From: an uncultured bacterium
Lineage (GTDB): Bacteria > CAYUVA01
Reading direction: 5' to 3'
Assembly (NCBI GenBank): GCA_964448115.1
Contig: CAYUVA010000019.1
Coordinates: 1 to 64,000 of the forward strand
DNA: 64,000 nucleotides
The notes beneath the pieces were generated by a model. The model worked only from the letters and a program-made list of their open reading frames with translations. It ran no database searches and had not been told where the DNA came from. Position 1 is the stretch's first letter, and each line of letters opens with the position of its first letter. This document shows positions 39,767-49,633 of this stretch, in pieces. The position numbers were made by a program, and so were the translations under genes.

Positions 39767-42700
39767 ATGAGTAACAACAATACCCTCCGACTTTTGGGCA
39801 CGACTGTTGCGCTACTTCTGCTTTTTGCCTCTTATGGTTTCAGCGCGGTATGGGTGGCTGCTGATGAAGAAATGCACCCCACAGGTAAACAGCTTCAACT
39901 GGTATCAGAGCAGGATAATCGCATTGATGTTCGTTTCTCCTTTGCCGGGCTTACCATCCATGAAACTATGGTCAAAGGAAATATGTTCGCTGTTGCCCGT
40001 GCCGAGGGATTTGGCGTAACTAACCAGGTCGGCTTGCCCTTGCTGCCAGTTCTTAGAAAAGATGTGGAGATACCCCGCGGAGCCAAGGTCTCGCTCCAAA
40101 TCATAAAAGCAGAATACAGGGACTATAAACTCGAAGAACTAGGCATAGATCTTACTATTGCGCCGGTGCAACTGCCGGTGCCCAAGTATCTGCATCCCGA
40201 TGAGATCCCCTTTGTCATGGATGAAAAGTTCTATCAGCAAAGTGTCATCTATCCTGAGCAGTTGGCATCCATAGGCAATAATCATGTAATCAGGGGACAC
40301 GAGCTGGTTACATTGGAGATCTTCCCGGTCAAGTATAATCCTGGAGCAGGGATGCTTAGGGTTTACGATAGCATCGAGGTTCGCATCGTAACCAGCCCAG
40401 GAAGATACGACTATAGCGAGCTTGAACGCCTAAGCAGCCGCTCCTTTGACCGCATGATAAAAAGCATTGCGCTCAATCCCAAACTTCCCGAAGCGACCAA
40501 AAGCAAGGATGATCCAGTGCACGCCGAGTGCTACCTGGTGATCCTTCACGACAGCCTTCAGCTTGCTTTAACCCCATTTCTGCAATGGAAGCAGCAGCAG
40601 GGCTACCAGGTTATCATAAGGAAAATATCGGAGTGGGTCGATCCATCGCCAGCAAACATAACATCATATATCTCCGATGCTTATTTCAACTGGGATCTAC
40701 CCCCCTCGGAGATACTACTGGTCGGAGACACGGGGCAGGTGCCGTGCCATACTGGCAGCAATAGCGGCACTGCAACCGACCTCGATTTCGTAACCGTGGA
40801 TGGGGAGGATTATTTCCCTGATATACATATATCGCGCTTCTCCGCCACGCAGGGGAGCGAGATAACCCCGCAGGTTAACAAGCTATTGGCTTACGAACAG
40901 ATGAACTACCTGGTGCCCTCCTGGCCGAAGAAGGCTTGCTTCATAGCAACTGATGATTCTTACCACTATGATATTGCCGAGGGGACGCACAACTATGTGA
41001 TCGACAATTATCTTGCTCCGGCAGGCTTCCTGGTGATGGACAAGATATACGCTATTACTTACGGCGGCGATACCCAGGATATCAAGGATGCGATCAACGA
41101 TGGCAGGACCATTGTCGATTACTCAGGTCATGGCAGCACCTATAGCTGGGCGGGTCCGGATTTTGAGGAGAGCGACATTGCTAGCCTGACAAACACTATT
41201 TACCCGATAGTTATAAGCAATGCCTGCATCACCGGCACCTTTGATGTTGGCGAATGTTTCGGCGAGATGTGGCTGCGTGAGCCGAGCAAGGGCGGCTCCT
41301 GCCACTGGGGCGCCTCGGACAGCACATACTGGGACGAGGACGATATCCTGGAGAAGGAGATGTTCCGCTACATGTTCGAGGAGGGTTTCTTTGAAACTGG
41401 TGAGTTCTTCGACCTTGCCAAGTACGGGCTTTATCTGTACTACGGCGATGTTGACAATGTCGAGTATTATTACGATGTATATAACATTCTCGGCGACTGC
41501 ACCCAGGATATGTGGAGCGATTACCCGATGCAGGTTACGCCTTTGCACGCTGGCTCTGCGCCATTGGGCGAGGGAGAATATGAGGTGGTGGTTACCGCTG
41601 GGAACGATAAGTTCAATGTCGAGGGTGCTCTGGTCGCTATGAGAAAGGGTGAGGAGTTCAGTTCCTCTGGTTATACCGATGATACCGGCTCGGTTACGCT
41701 TTGGATAAATCCGCTGACCGACGGGGATATTAACCTGACCATCACCGGGCACAATCTGAAGCCTTACTTCGGCACTGTAACCGCAATGATACCGGGCTGT
41801 GGGATCGTGAAGATGGATAAAGATACCTATAGCTGCGATGATACTATAAATATCACTCTCTGGGATGCTGATCTTAATACCAATCCTGAGACCATTGAGG
41901 ATGCCAATGTAACCATTAACAGCACCTCCCACCCGGAGCCAATCGTGGTCAATCTTATGGAGACCGAGGTGGATAGCGGCAAGTTCGTCGGCTCCATAAA
42001 CACCAGCTCTGCCAAGGGCAAAGATGAGCTGCCGGTAGCTGATGGTGATACGATCACTGTTATTTATAATGATGCGGACTGCGAGGGGGAGCCAGCAGTC
42101 GTTGAGAAGACCGCTACCGCTGACTGCGTTGGTCCGATCATAAGCGGTATCGAGGTTAGCGGCATCACCGACACCAAGGCTGTTGTAACCTGGATAACCG
42201 ATGAGCCTTCGGACAGCATCGTTCATTATGGCACCGATCATCAACTGGGCAACCAGGTCTCCGATAGCTCAAAGAGCATTAACCACGAGGTGGAGATCAC
42301 CGGTCTAACCGGCGCTATGCTCTATTACTTCAAGGTCGGTTCTGCCGACGCGGTGGGGAATTATACCGAGGATGACAACAATGGCGATCTTTATATTTTC
42401 GTTACCGCCAACATCGTGAATGCCTTCACTTGCAACTTTGAAAGCCCCTGCGGACTCACCGAGGAAGGTGATGGACAGTGGGAGATCGATACACCAAAGG
42501 GCTTAGGGAGCGGATATTACGGGAATCCGGATCCTTCGGTCGATCACACCTTTGGCACCGCCGAGGGGCATATTATGGGTGTCGATATAAACGAAGACGG
42601 CATATACGAGTCAAACTCAGACTGCTCAATGCTGACCCCTCCCTTTGATTGCAGTGATCTGACCGAGGTCAAGTTGAGCCTATGGCACTGGCTCAACATA

Positions 42701-43480
42701 GAGAGCGCCTCTTATGATCATGCGATACTCAAGGGCAAAGCAGGCTTGAGCACCTGGCAGACGCTCTGGGAGCATACCGGCAGCAGCAGGAGCGACAATA
42801 GCTGGAGCGAATTATCGCTGGATCTCTCCAGTTTCGCTGATGGGAAAGCTAATGTGAGGTTGCTTTTCCAGTTGACCTCTGATTCGAGCGTAGAGTACAG
42901 CGGATGGAATATCGATGATATAAGGGTTTATGGATACGGACCCGCCTTCACCCCAGAGCCGACGCCGACCAGAACTCCTACAGCAACTCCTTACATTACC
43001 GATACGCCGACCCCGACCGCCACCGCGACACCGCAGCCGACGGATACACCAACAATGACGCCTACCGATACGCCTGAACCTACAGCGACTCGGACTCCTA
43101 CCCGGACGCCTACAGTTACCAATACGCCATCTGCCACCCATACACCGACCGCCACCCCAACTATCTCTACTCAGCGACCGATTATCACTGTTGGTGGATA
43201 CATGGACACCAGGCTTACTAGCGGCATTGAGGGAATATTGAACCTGCTTGCAGCCAGCAGCGACTTTGCTCATGCCGAGATCGATAATGTCGAGCTTTGT
43301 TACATGGGTGAGGGAACCGGCGTTTATCTGGATGAGAATCCGCCGGGAAGCGGCATTTACACTCTGCTTTTAAGCCAGTTGAATGTCCCGGTCCCGATGA
43401 ATATATTGCTCGAGATCGTTGCCACTGATATAAATAGCCAAAAGAGCAATCCCTGGCCATATTTAGTGGTGGAAGACTAA
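39767..43480 (+). CDS. Gingipain-like C25 cysteine peptidase with propeptide, accessory beta-sandwich modules, Pro/Thr linker and unnamed C-terminal domain
   Basis: Start at ATG 39767 behind GGAG; propeptide [27 protein letters not shown], catalytic YSGHG and NACITG, CFGE.W, YNILGD. Confidence 0.9.
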   Translation: MSNNNTLRLLGTTVALLLLFASYGFSAVWVAADEEMHPTGKQLQLVSEQDNRIDVRFSFAGLTIHETMVKGNMFAVARAEGFGVTNQVGLPLLPVLRKDVEIPRGAKVSLQIIKAEYRDYKLEELGIDLTIAPVQLPVPKYLHPDEIPFVMDEKFYQQSVIYPEQLASIGNNHVIRGHELVTLEIFPVKYNPGAGMLRVYDSIEVRIVTSPGRYDYSELERLSSRSFDRMIKSIALNPKLPEATKSKDDPVHAECYLVILHDSLQLALTPFLQWKQQQGYQVIIRKISEWVDPSPANITSYISDAYFNWDLPPSEILLVGDTGQVPCHTGSNSGTATDLDFVTVDGEDYFPDIHISRFSATQGSEITPQVNKLLAYEQMNYLVPSWPKKACFIATDDSYHYDIAEGTHNYVIDNYLAPAGFLVMDKIYAITYGGDTQDIKDAINDGRTIVDYSGHGSTYSWAGPDFEESDIASLTNTIYPIVISNACITGTFDVGECFGEMWLREPSKGGSCHWGASDSTYWDEDDILEKEMFRYMFEEGFFETGEFFDLAKYGLYLYYGDVDNVEYYYDVYNILGDCTQDMWSDYPMQVTPLHAGSAPLGEGEYEVVVTAGNDKFNVEGALVAMRKGEEFSSSGYTDDTGSVTLWINPLTDGDINLTITGHNLKPYFGTVTAMIPGCGIVKMDKDTYSCDDTINITLWDADLNTNPETIEDANVTINSTSHPEPIVVNLMETEVDSGKFVGSINTSSAKGKDELPVADGDTITVIYNDADCEGEPAVVEKTATADCVGPIISGIEVSGITDTKAVVTWITDEPSDSIVHYGTDHQLGNQVSDSSKSINHEVEITGLTGAMLYYFKVGSADAVGNYTEDDNNGDLYIFVTANIVNAFTCNFESPCGLTEEGDGQWEIDTPKGLGSGYYGNPDPSVDHTFGTAEGHIMGVDINEDGIYESNSDCSMLTPPFDCSDLTEVKLSLWHWLNIESASYDHAILKGKAGLSTWQTLWEHTGSSRSDNSWSELSLDLSSFADGKANVRLLFQLTSDSSVEYSGWNIDDIRVYGYGPAFTPEPTPTRTPTATPYITDTPTPTATATPQPTDTPTMTPTDTPEPTATRTPTRTPTVTNTPSATHTPTATPTISTQRPIITVGGYMDTRLTSGIEGILNLLAASSDFAHAEIDNVELCYMGEGTGVYLDENPPGSGIYTLLLSQLNVPVPMNILLEIVATDINSQKSNPWPYLVVED

Positions 43481-43520
43481 ACGAAGGATAGATCCAGGTT
43501 TAGAAGACAAGGAGGATTAG

Positions 43521-46500
43521 GTGCCCAGGTACACTGCTATACTTATCGCCCTTGTACTTATTCTATTACCCCAAAGTAGCTTCCAGTTGGAAGATGGCTC
43601 GATGATAAGATTGAAAAGAGCGGTATTCGATCCCCTGGTAAAAGAGCCAAGCATTAAGGATTCTCTCTCTTATCGACCCTCGCAGCTTCCAAAGCTTTAT
43701 TACGCCATAATCCAGGCGAACAGTCCGATTACTGATGAAATAAAGCGTTCTTGGATAGATGCCGGCGCTGTGCTCATGGACTATATCCCGGAGAACGCCT
43801 TTATCGCGAGGATAGATGCTGAAGCTGAACGACGATTAAGGAGCACCAAGAGCTTCCGCTGGCTGGGACTCTACCATCCGCATTACAAGCTATCCCCTAG
43901 CCTATTCGATATGGAGCCTTGGCAGCCGGGCAGATACAAGCTCTTTATCCAGTTGTTTAGCGGCGAGGGCTTCGATGGGGCGGTAGATGCGTTAGTTTCC
44001 GCTGGGGGAGAGGTGATCGAACTCGATGGAGCCTGGGATAAGCACAAGAGGATCGTTGCCATGTTCGATGAAAGCGTGCTATACAATGCAATAAACTCAG
44101 TAGCTCGCGTGATGTCAGTGGAGTGGATTGAACCGTATCCTAAATATACGCTTTGCAACGATCAGGGTATCTGGATCTGCCAGAGCGGTCTTTACCGTCA
44201 AAAGGCGACACCGGTCTGGGATAACGGCATTCACGGCGAGGGGCAGATCGTGGCTGTGCTTGACTCTGGTTGCGATCCAGACATGTGTTATTTTTATGAT
44301 GAAAGCCAAGGATTGCCCTCGGAGACACCCAACTACGATCAGCGAAAGATAGTAGCCTACCAGAACATAGGTGTAACTGGCGATTGGGACACGCATGGAC
44401 ACGGCACCCATACAGCAGGCACGGTTGCCGGGGACAACTTCGAGAACCCAATCATACATGACAGTGGCGATGGTATTGCTCCGGGTGCAAAGCTGGTCAT
44501 CCAAGACTTGAGCTATCAGGGTGGCTTCACCGTCCCCAGCTCGCTGTTCGATGTGTTTCAGCAGGCTTACGATGCCGGAGCACGAGCACACTCGAATTCA
44601 TGGCGCTTCCACAACAGCGAGTACGGAACTCACGCCCAGGAGCTGGATGACTTCGTATGGCAGAACCGGGACTTTTCTATAATCTTCGCCATGGGGAATG
44701 AGGGTCCCTCATCAGGAACCATAGGCTCTCCACCAGTTGCAAAGAACTGCGTCAGCGTGGGGGCTACTCAGGCAGGTATGAACGCGGAGAGCATGACCGA
44801 TTTTTCGAGCCACGGTCCCTGCCAGGATGGAAGGAGGAAGCCAGAGGTATCAATGCCGGGTGAAAACACGGTCTCGGCAGGCAATGATGGTAATCCTGAT
44901 AGCTTCAACTGCTCCACAACCACCATGAGCGGCACTAGCATGGCTACGCCTGGTGTGGCAGGATGCGTAGCCCTGGTTCGGCAATACTTCGCGGAAGGCT
45001 ATTACCCATCAGGCTCAGCCAGCGAGGATGATGCCTTCAATCCGAGCGCAGCGCTGGTAAAAGCTATACTAATAAACTCAGGGGACAATATGACCGGCGC
45101 CTACACTGCCGATAGCGGCTCCGGCTCTCAGCCCATACCGACCAACGGTCAGGGCTGGGGAAGGGTGAACCTCGATACAGCGCTATATTTCGCTGGGGAT
45201 CGCAGGTATCTTTATATTGATGATAACACCGAGGGCTTGAGCGCCTTTCAGAACATTACATATCGGATCGCGGTGATAGACAGCTTCGAGAAGCTGGAGA
45301 TAAGCCTTGCCTGGAACGACTATCCATCCACTCCAGAGGCACAGAAGAACCTGGTCAACGACCTGGATCTGATGGTACAGCATGGCATGACCACCTATCT
45401 GGGGAATGTTTATTCTGGGGGTCAATCAACACCTGGCGGCAGCAGAGACACCCTGAACAACAACGAGTGCGTGCAGATAAATAATCCCAATCCGGGACTT
45501 TATTACATAACCGTCCAAGCCAGGGGCATACCCCAGGGACCTCAGCCTTATGCGCTGGTGATAACCGGTGGCTTCCGCACCTCGGATGGCGATATCTCCT
45601 TCTCCAGCCGTAAGTTCAATTGCCACGATACCGTACAGATCACCGTTGCCGATATCGACCTCATCGGACAAGGCACATACACGGTGGAGGTTACCAGCGA
45701 CAGCTATCCGCAGGGCATGGAGGTGGAGCTTGTCGAGGTCTCCGGCGCTGGTGTCTTCAAGGGGGAGTTTCAGGTCGCTCCTGCCGGCAGCAAGGATGTA
45801 CTCCCGGTCAACGAGGGAGATATGCTCAATGCCCAATATATCGATGCTGACGATGGCAGGGGACATCAGAATGTGGTCAAGATCGCACAGGCAGCCATCG
45901 ACTGCACCCCACCTTTGATCAGCGATATACAGCTCAGCGATTACTCCCAGGACAAGGCGACCATCAAGTGGAACACCGATGAGAAGGCTACCAGCATCGT
46001 TTACTACGGCACCACCCCCGAACTCGGATCCCAGGCAGTAAATCAGCTCTACACCCAAGAGCATTCTGTTACCCTAGTGGGGCTTTCCGGTAACACCTTC
46101 TATTACTACATGGTCGCCTCCATCGACGAGGCGGGCAATTACGGCTCTGATGCCAATGATGGCAGGTACTACGGCTTCGTAACCAAGAACATCATCGTGC
46201 CCTTCTATGATAGCTTCGAGTTCATGCGCGGCTGGGCACAGAGCGGTGATGGTCAATGGGAGCGCAACTTCCCCCAGGGCAAAGGGGGCGGGATGCTTGG
46301 CAATCCAGATCCTGATCAAGACCATACCAGCGGCCAGGGTAAGGTCTTCGGAACTGATCTAACGCAGGATGGCAACTATAATCCTACCTCGGACTGCACT
46401 ATTACCTCTCCAGCTATCGACTGTCGCCAGTGCGTAAACACGGAACTAGGCTTCTTCCAGTGGCTCAACATCGGCGGCATGAGTATCTTCGGTACCACGG

Positions 46501-47294
46501 TAACCGCCCAGGTTAGCAACGATGGCGCCAACTGGACGACCATATACCAGGAGACGAGTCGCAGCGACCTCAGTTGGAACGAACAGGTGATTGATATAAG
46601 TTCGGTTGCCGATGGAAAGAACAATGTCCGCGCTCGCTTTCGCCTGCAGAGCAACCTGTTGTTTGGCGATTACAGCGGTTGGAACATCGATGATTTCTAT
46701 ATTCGCGCCACCAGCAACCAGGCGGCTCCCAACACTCCAACCCCGCTGCCGACCTGGACGCCGACTCCGTTGGGGCAAAAGACAGCAACCCCGACCACTA
46801 CCCCCACCGCCACCGGCAGCATATCGCCGACCCTGCCGCCGACCTCGACCAGGACTCCGACCAGCACCAACACAGCCGGTCCGGGCACTCCCACCAACAC
46901 TCCCCTGGCAACTGAGACGCCGACTGCGCCCTCAACCATTACCGCCACAGCAACCGCCACTGCCACGCCGACAGCCACTATTCCCGGCAGCAATCAAGGT
47001 CCCGATGTTTGGCTTGTAGGTTACATGGACAGCAGGTTAAGCAGCGCTCATGGCGGTAACCTGGTCATTCTCGGCACTTGCAGCGACCCGGAGGGTGATG
47101 CGATACTCTCAGTTGATCTTTATTATGCGGGGCAGCCGGCTGGTGTAACAATCCCATACAGTCAGGGCATATTCACTATGTCCATGCCGATATCGCCCGG
47201 TGTCCCGTCAGGACATATTCTGCTCGAATTCGCCGCAATAGATGCGAAATATAGCCGCGGTGCACTGAGTCCATTTCTCCACTGCGATCAGTAG
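43521..47294 (+). CDS. Secreted S8 subtilase (KP-43-like) with the same accessory modules, linker and C-terminal domain as the upstream C25 protease
   Basis: VLDSG, HGTHTAG, AKNCVSVGA, GTSMATP, PSAALVKA, QGWGRV, LVNDLDL; AAGGAGG RBS and GTG start. Confidence 0.92.
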   Translation: MPRYTAILIALVLILLPQSSFQLEDGSMIRLKRAVFDPLVKEPSIKDSLSYRPSQLPKLYYAIIQANSPITDEIKRSWIDAGAVLMDYIPENAFIARIDAEAERRLRSTKSFRWLGLYHPHYKLSPSLFDMEPWQPGRYKLFIQLFSGEGFDGAVDALVSAGGEVIELDGAWDKHKRIVAMFDESVLYNAINSVARVMSVEWIEPYPKYTLCNDQGIWICQSGLYRQKATPVWDNGIHGEGQIVAVLDSGCDPDMCYFYDESQGLPSETPNYDQRKIVAYQNIGVTGDWDTHGHGTHTAGTVAGDNFENPIIHDSGDGIAPGAKLVIQDLSYQGGFTVPSSLFDVFQQAYDAGARAHSNSWRFHNSEYGTHAQELDDFVWQNRDFSIIFAMGNEGPSSGTIGSPPVAKNCVSVGATQAGMNAESMTDFSSHGPCQDGRRKPEVSMPGENTVSAGNDGNPDSFNCSTTTMSGTSMATPGVAGCVALVRQYFAEGYYPSGSASEDDAFNPSAALVKAILINSGDNMTGAYTADSGSGSQPIPTNGQGWGRVNLDTALYFAGDRRYLYIDDNTEGLSAFQNITYRIAVIDSFEKLEISLAWNDYPSTPEAQKNLVNDLDLMVQHGMTTYLGNVYSGGQSTPGGSRDTLNNNECVQINNPNPGLYYITVQARGIPQGPQPYALVITGGFRTSDGDISFSSRKFNCHDTVQITVADIDLIGQGTYTVEVTSDSYPQGMEVELVEVSGAGVFKGEFQVAPAGSKDVLPVNEGDMLNAQYIDADDGRGHQNVVKIAQAAIDCTPPLISDIQLSDYSQDKATIKWNTDEKATSIVYYGTTPELGSQAVNQLYTQEHSVTLVGLSGNTFYYYMVASIDEAGNYGSDANDGRYYGFVTKNIIVPFYDSFEFMRGWAQSGDGQWERNFPQGKGGGMLGNPDPDQDHTSGQGKVFGTDLTQDGNYNPTSDCTITSPAIDCRQCVNTELGFFQWLNIGGMSIFGTTVTAQVSNDGANWTTIYQETSRSDLSWNEQVIDISSVADGKNNVRARFRLQSNLLFGDYSGWNIDDFYIRATSNQAAPNTPTPLPTWTPTPLGQKTATPTTTPTATGSISPTLPPTSTRTPTSTNTAGPGTPTNTPLATETPTAPSTITATATATATPTATIPGSNQGPDVWLVGYMDSRLSSAHGGNLVILGTCSDPEGDAILSVDLYYAGQPAGVTIPYSQGIFTMSMPISPGVPSGHILLEFAAIDAKYSRGALSPFLHCDQ

Positions 47295-47301
47295 AAGAGG
47301 A

Positions 47302-47485
47302 TCACGCAAAGACGCAAAGAACACCAATATCTGGTGAGGGTAATACCCGGGGGTGACTTGCCTCTTGGCGAGACGGGGTGTTTCATAATCCCGATTTTAT
47401 CGGGACTACAGATATATTCGCCACTTCGTGGCTTAGGAAAAGGAAAGCTCCTTATCACGGTATCACGGTACCACGGTACCACTTC
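47302..47485. repeat. Composite intergenic repeat region
   Basis: tcacgcaaagacgcaaaga; hairpin atcccgattttatcggga; 8-mer tandem atcacggt atcacggt accacggt accac. Confidence 0.6.
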
Positions 47486-47679
47486 TGCACCTCGCAATTT
47501 AATACCTCTGGTGGGTACAATCTTTAGAATGATTGACATCAAACCCCTTTTGTTGATAAAGTCGATCTGCCTGTTGAAAGCATGAACTTTAGTTAATCCA
47601 GGCATCCGAACCAGGTAGCTATGGTGATGTGCAAGGCGTAATGAAGCGTTTAGGCAGTACAGATAAAGAGGTATGAGTT

Positions 47680-48789
47680 ATGTCAGATAATATGAAAGCG
47701 GTGGTGAAAAGAAAGCCTGGATTAGGGGCGGAGCTTGACTCAGTCTCCAAGCCGACCCCAAGATCCAATGAAGTCCTAGTCCGTGTGATAGCTACATCGA
47801 TCTGCGGAACCGATGTGCATATCTATCGCTGGGATCCCTGGGCAGAACAACATATCACCGAGAAGAATCTTCCTCAGGTCTTGGGTCATGAGTTCTGCGG
47901 CATGGTTGAGGCGGTCGGCTCCTGTGTCCAAAACATCAAGGAGGGGGATTATATCTCTGCTGAGACTCATATCCCCTGCAATCGTTGCATCCAATGCCGT
48001 GGTGGACAGCAGCATCTTTGTCATAATCTCAAGATTGTCGGTGTTGATCGTGACGGCTGTTTCGCTGAGTATGTGGTCATCCCTGAGTCTGTATGCTGGA
48101 TAAACGATAAAAAGATCCCTCCCGAGTATGCATCAGTGCAGGAACCTCTAGGTAATGCTGTCTATACTGTTCTTGGTGAAGATGGGGACATCGCCGGCAA
48201 GAATATGGTCATTCTTGGTGATGGACCAACAGGCTTGCTGGCAACCGGTGTGGCAAGGGCTTGTGGAGCCACCCAGATTTTCCTGGTCGGGCTGAATGAA
48301 TACACGATGGAGATAGGGAAGCGCATGGGGGCGGATCACCTGCTTTTTGCCGGCAGCGATTCCATAGACCGGGTAGCTTATGTTAGGGATAATACCTACG
48401 GCTACGGCGCTGATATAGTGCTTGAGATGTCCGGGGCACCGCAGGCTCTCAGCGAAGGCTTGCAGATGGTGAGAAAAGGCGGAAGATTCAGCGCCTTCGG
48501 AATAATGCCGGAGGATAAAATATCGTTTGATTATAACCAACATACCGTCTTTAGCGGTATCCAGATACATAGCATCAATGGAAGGAAGATGTTCGATACC
48601 TGGTATAGGGTAAGAAATCTCCTCTCCTCGGGCAGGCTGAAGATCGACCCGGTTGTTACTCATATCATCCTGCTTAGCGACTTTAAGAAAGGCTTTGAGG
48701 AAATGATGGCTATGCCCCGAAAATCAGCTAAGATAGTCATGTTTCCCCACGAAGAGGACTATAAGGAGGCGCTAAGCAGAAGGAATTAG
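47680..48789 (+). CDS. tdh: L-threonine 3-dehydrogenase
   Basis: SICGTDVHIY.WD.WA, GHEFCG, SAETHIPC..C..C.......C, EPLGNAV, GRKMFDTW. Confidence 0.9.
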   Translation: MSDNMKAVVKRKPGLGAELDSVSKPTPRSNEVLVRVIATSICGTDVHIYRWDPWAEQHITEKNLPQVLGHEFCGMVEAVGSCVQNIKEGDYISAETHIPCNRCIQCRGGQQHLCHNLKIVGVDRDGCFAEYVVIPESVCWINDKKIPPEYASVQEPLGNAVYTVLGEDGDIAGKNMVILGDGPTGLLATGVARACGATQIFLVGLNEYTMEIGKRMGADHLLFAGSDSIDRVAYVRDNTYGYGADIVLEMSGAPQALSEGLQMVRKGGRFSAFGIMPEDKISFDYNQHTVFSGIQIHSINGRKMFDTWYRVRNLLSSGRLKIDPVVTHIILLSDFKKGFEEMMAMPRKSAKIVMFPHEEDYKEALSRRN

Positions 48790-48847
48790 TTGACTAAAAT
48801 AAATTTGTATAGCCTAGGTCCTGAGATAGCCTGAATAAAGGATAGCC

Positions 48848-49588
48848 TTGTATCGGCAATCGAAAGCGATAACTCTGGTAAGTTACGATTTCTCCGAGTC
48901 CCACAAGATCACCTCTTTTTTTACTCTCCACCAGGGACGCATAAAGGGTATCGCCAAGGGCGCTAAATCAGCCAAGAGGCTCATGCAATCAGCACTACAG
49001 CCATTCGCCATGATCGATCTTTATTATTTCCAGAAGGAAAACAGGGAACTTGTTCAGGTTATACGCACCGAGGTCATCGATTACTTCGAGAGGATAAGGT
49101 CTGACCTGGAAGCGACCGCCAATGCGCTATATATAATTGAGATACTGGAGAAGACTACCCCCTTGGAGGATCCGCTCACCGATGTTTTTCATCTCGCCAA
49201 GTGGGCGTTGCAGGCGATTGATCATGGAAGCGAGCCATTTATGGTTCGACCAAGATTTGAATTCAGGCTGCTTTCTATTCTCGGACTCCAGCCGCTTATA
49301 GACGGTTGCGTAAGTTGTCTGGAGCAAACTAAAGAAAATATGGCAGGCTTTTCCATATCACAGCGCGGATTGGTCTGCGATAAATGCTCAAAGACTGTTT
49401 CTCGCTTTATTAAACTACCGGCTGAAGCCATTGCTTTCTTGATAACGATATATAAAAATGAAGATGCAGGGGTTATTGAACTATCTAAAGAGGAAAGCCT
49501 GGCATTGCGCAATCTATTCGTTAAACTGCTCGCTGATGAGTTCGATATAAGACTCCATTCTCTGGACTTTCTAATCCAGGTCGAATAA
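48848..49588 (+). CDS. recO: DNA repair protein RecO
   Basis: ESHKITSFFT...G.I.GIAKGA, LQPF, FRLL..LG.QP....CxxC....CxxC. Confidence 0.9.
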   Translation: MYRQSKAITLVSYDFSESHKITSFFTLHQGRIKGIAKGAKSAKRLMQSALQPFAMIDLYYFQKENRELVQVIRTEVIDYFERIRSDLEATANALYIIEILEKTTPLEDPLTDVFHLAKWALQAIDHGSEPFMVRPRFEFRLLSILGLQPLIDGCVSCLEQTKENMAGFSISQRGLVCDKCSKTVSRFIKLPAEAIAFLITIYKNEDAGVIELSKEESLALRNLFVKLLADEFDIRLHSLDFLIQVE

Positions 49589-49633
49589 AGAATTGACATG
49601 CGATAAATACCATGTTTTAGTTGATGCTTGATA

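Noticed and set aside
41123-42244. Long antisense ORFs (373 aa here; also 28187-28828, 45426-46064, 60084-60788, 3975-4631)
   Set aside because: Shadows of well-supported genes on the opposite strand with no recognisable motifs
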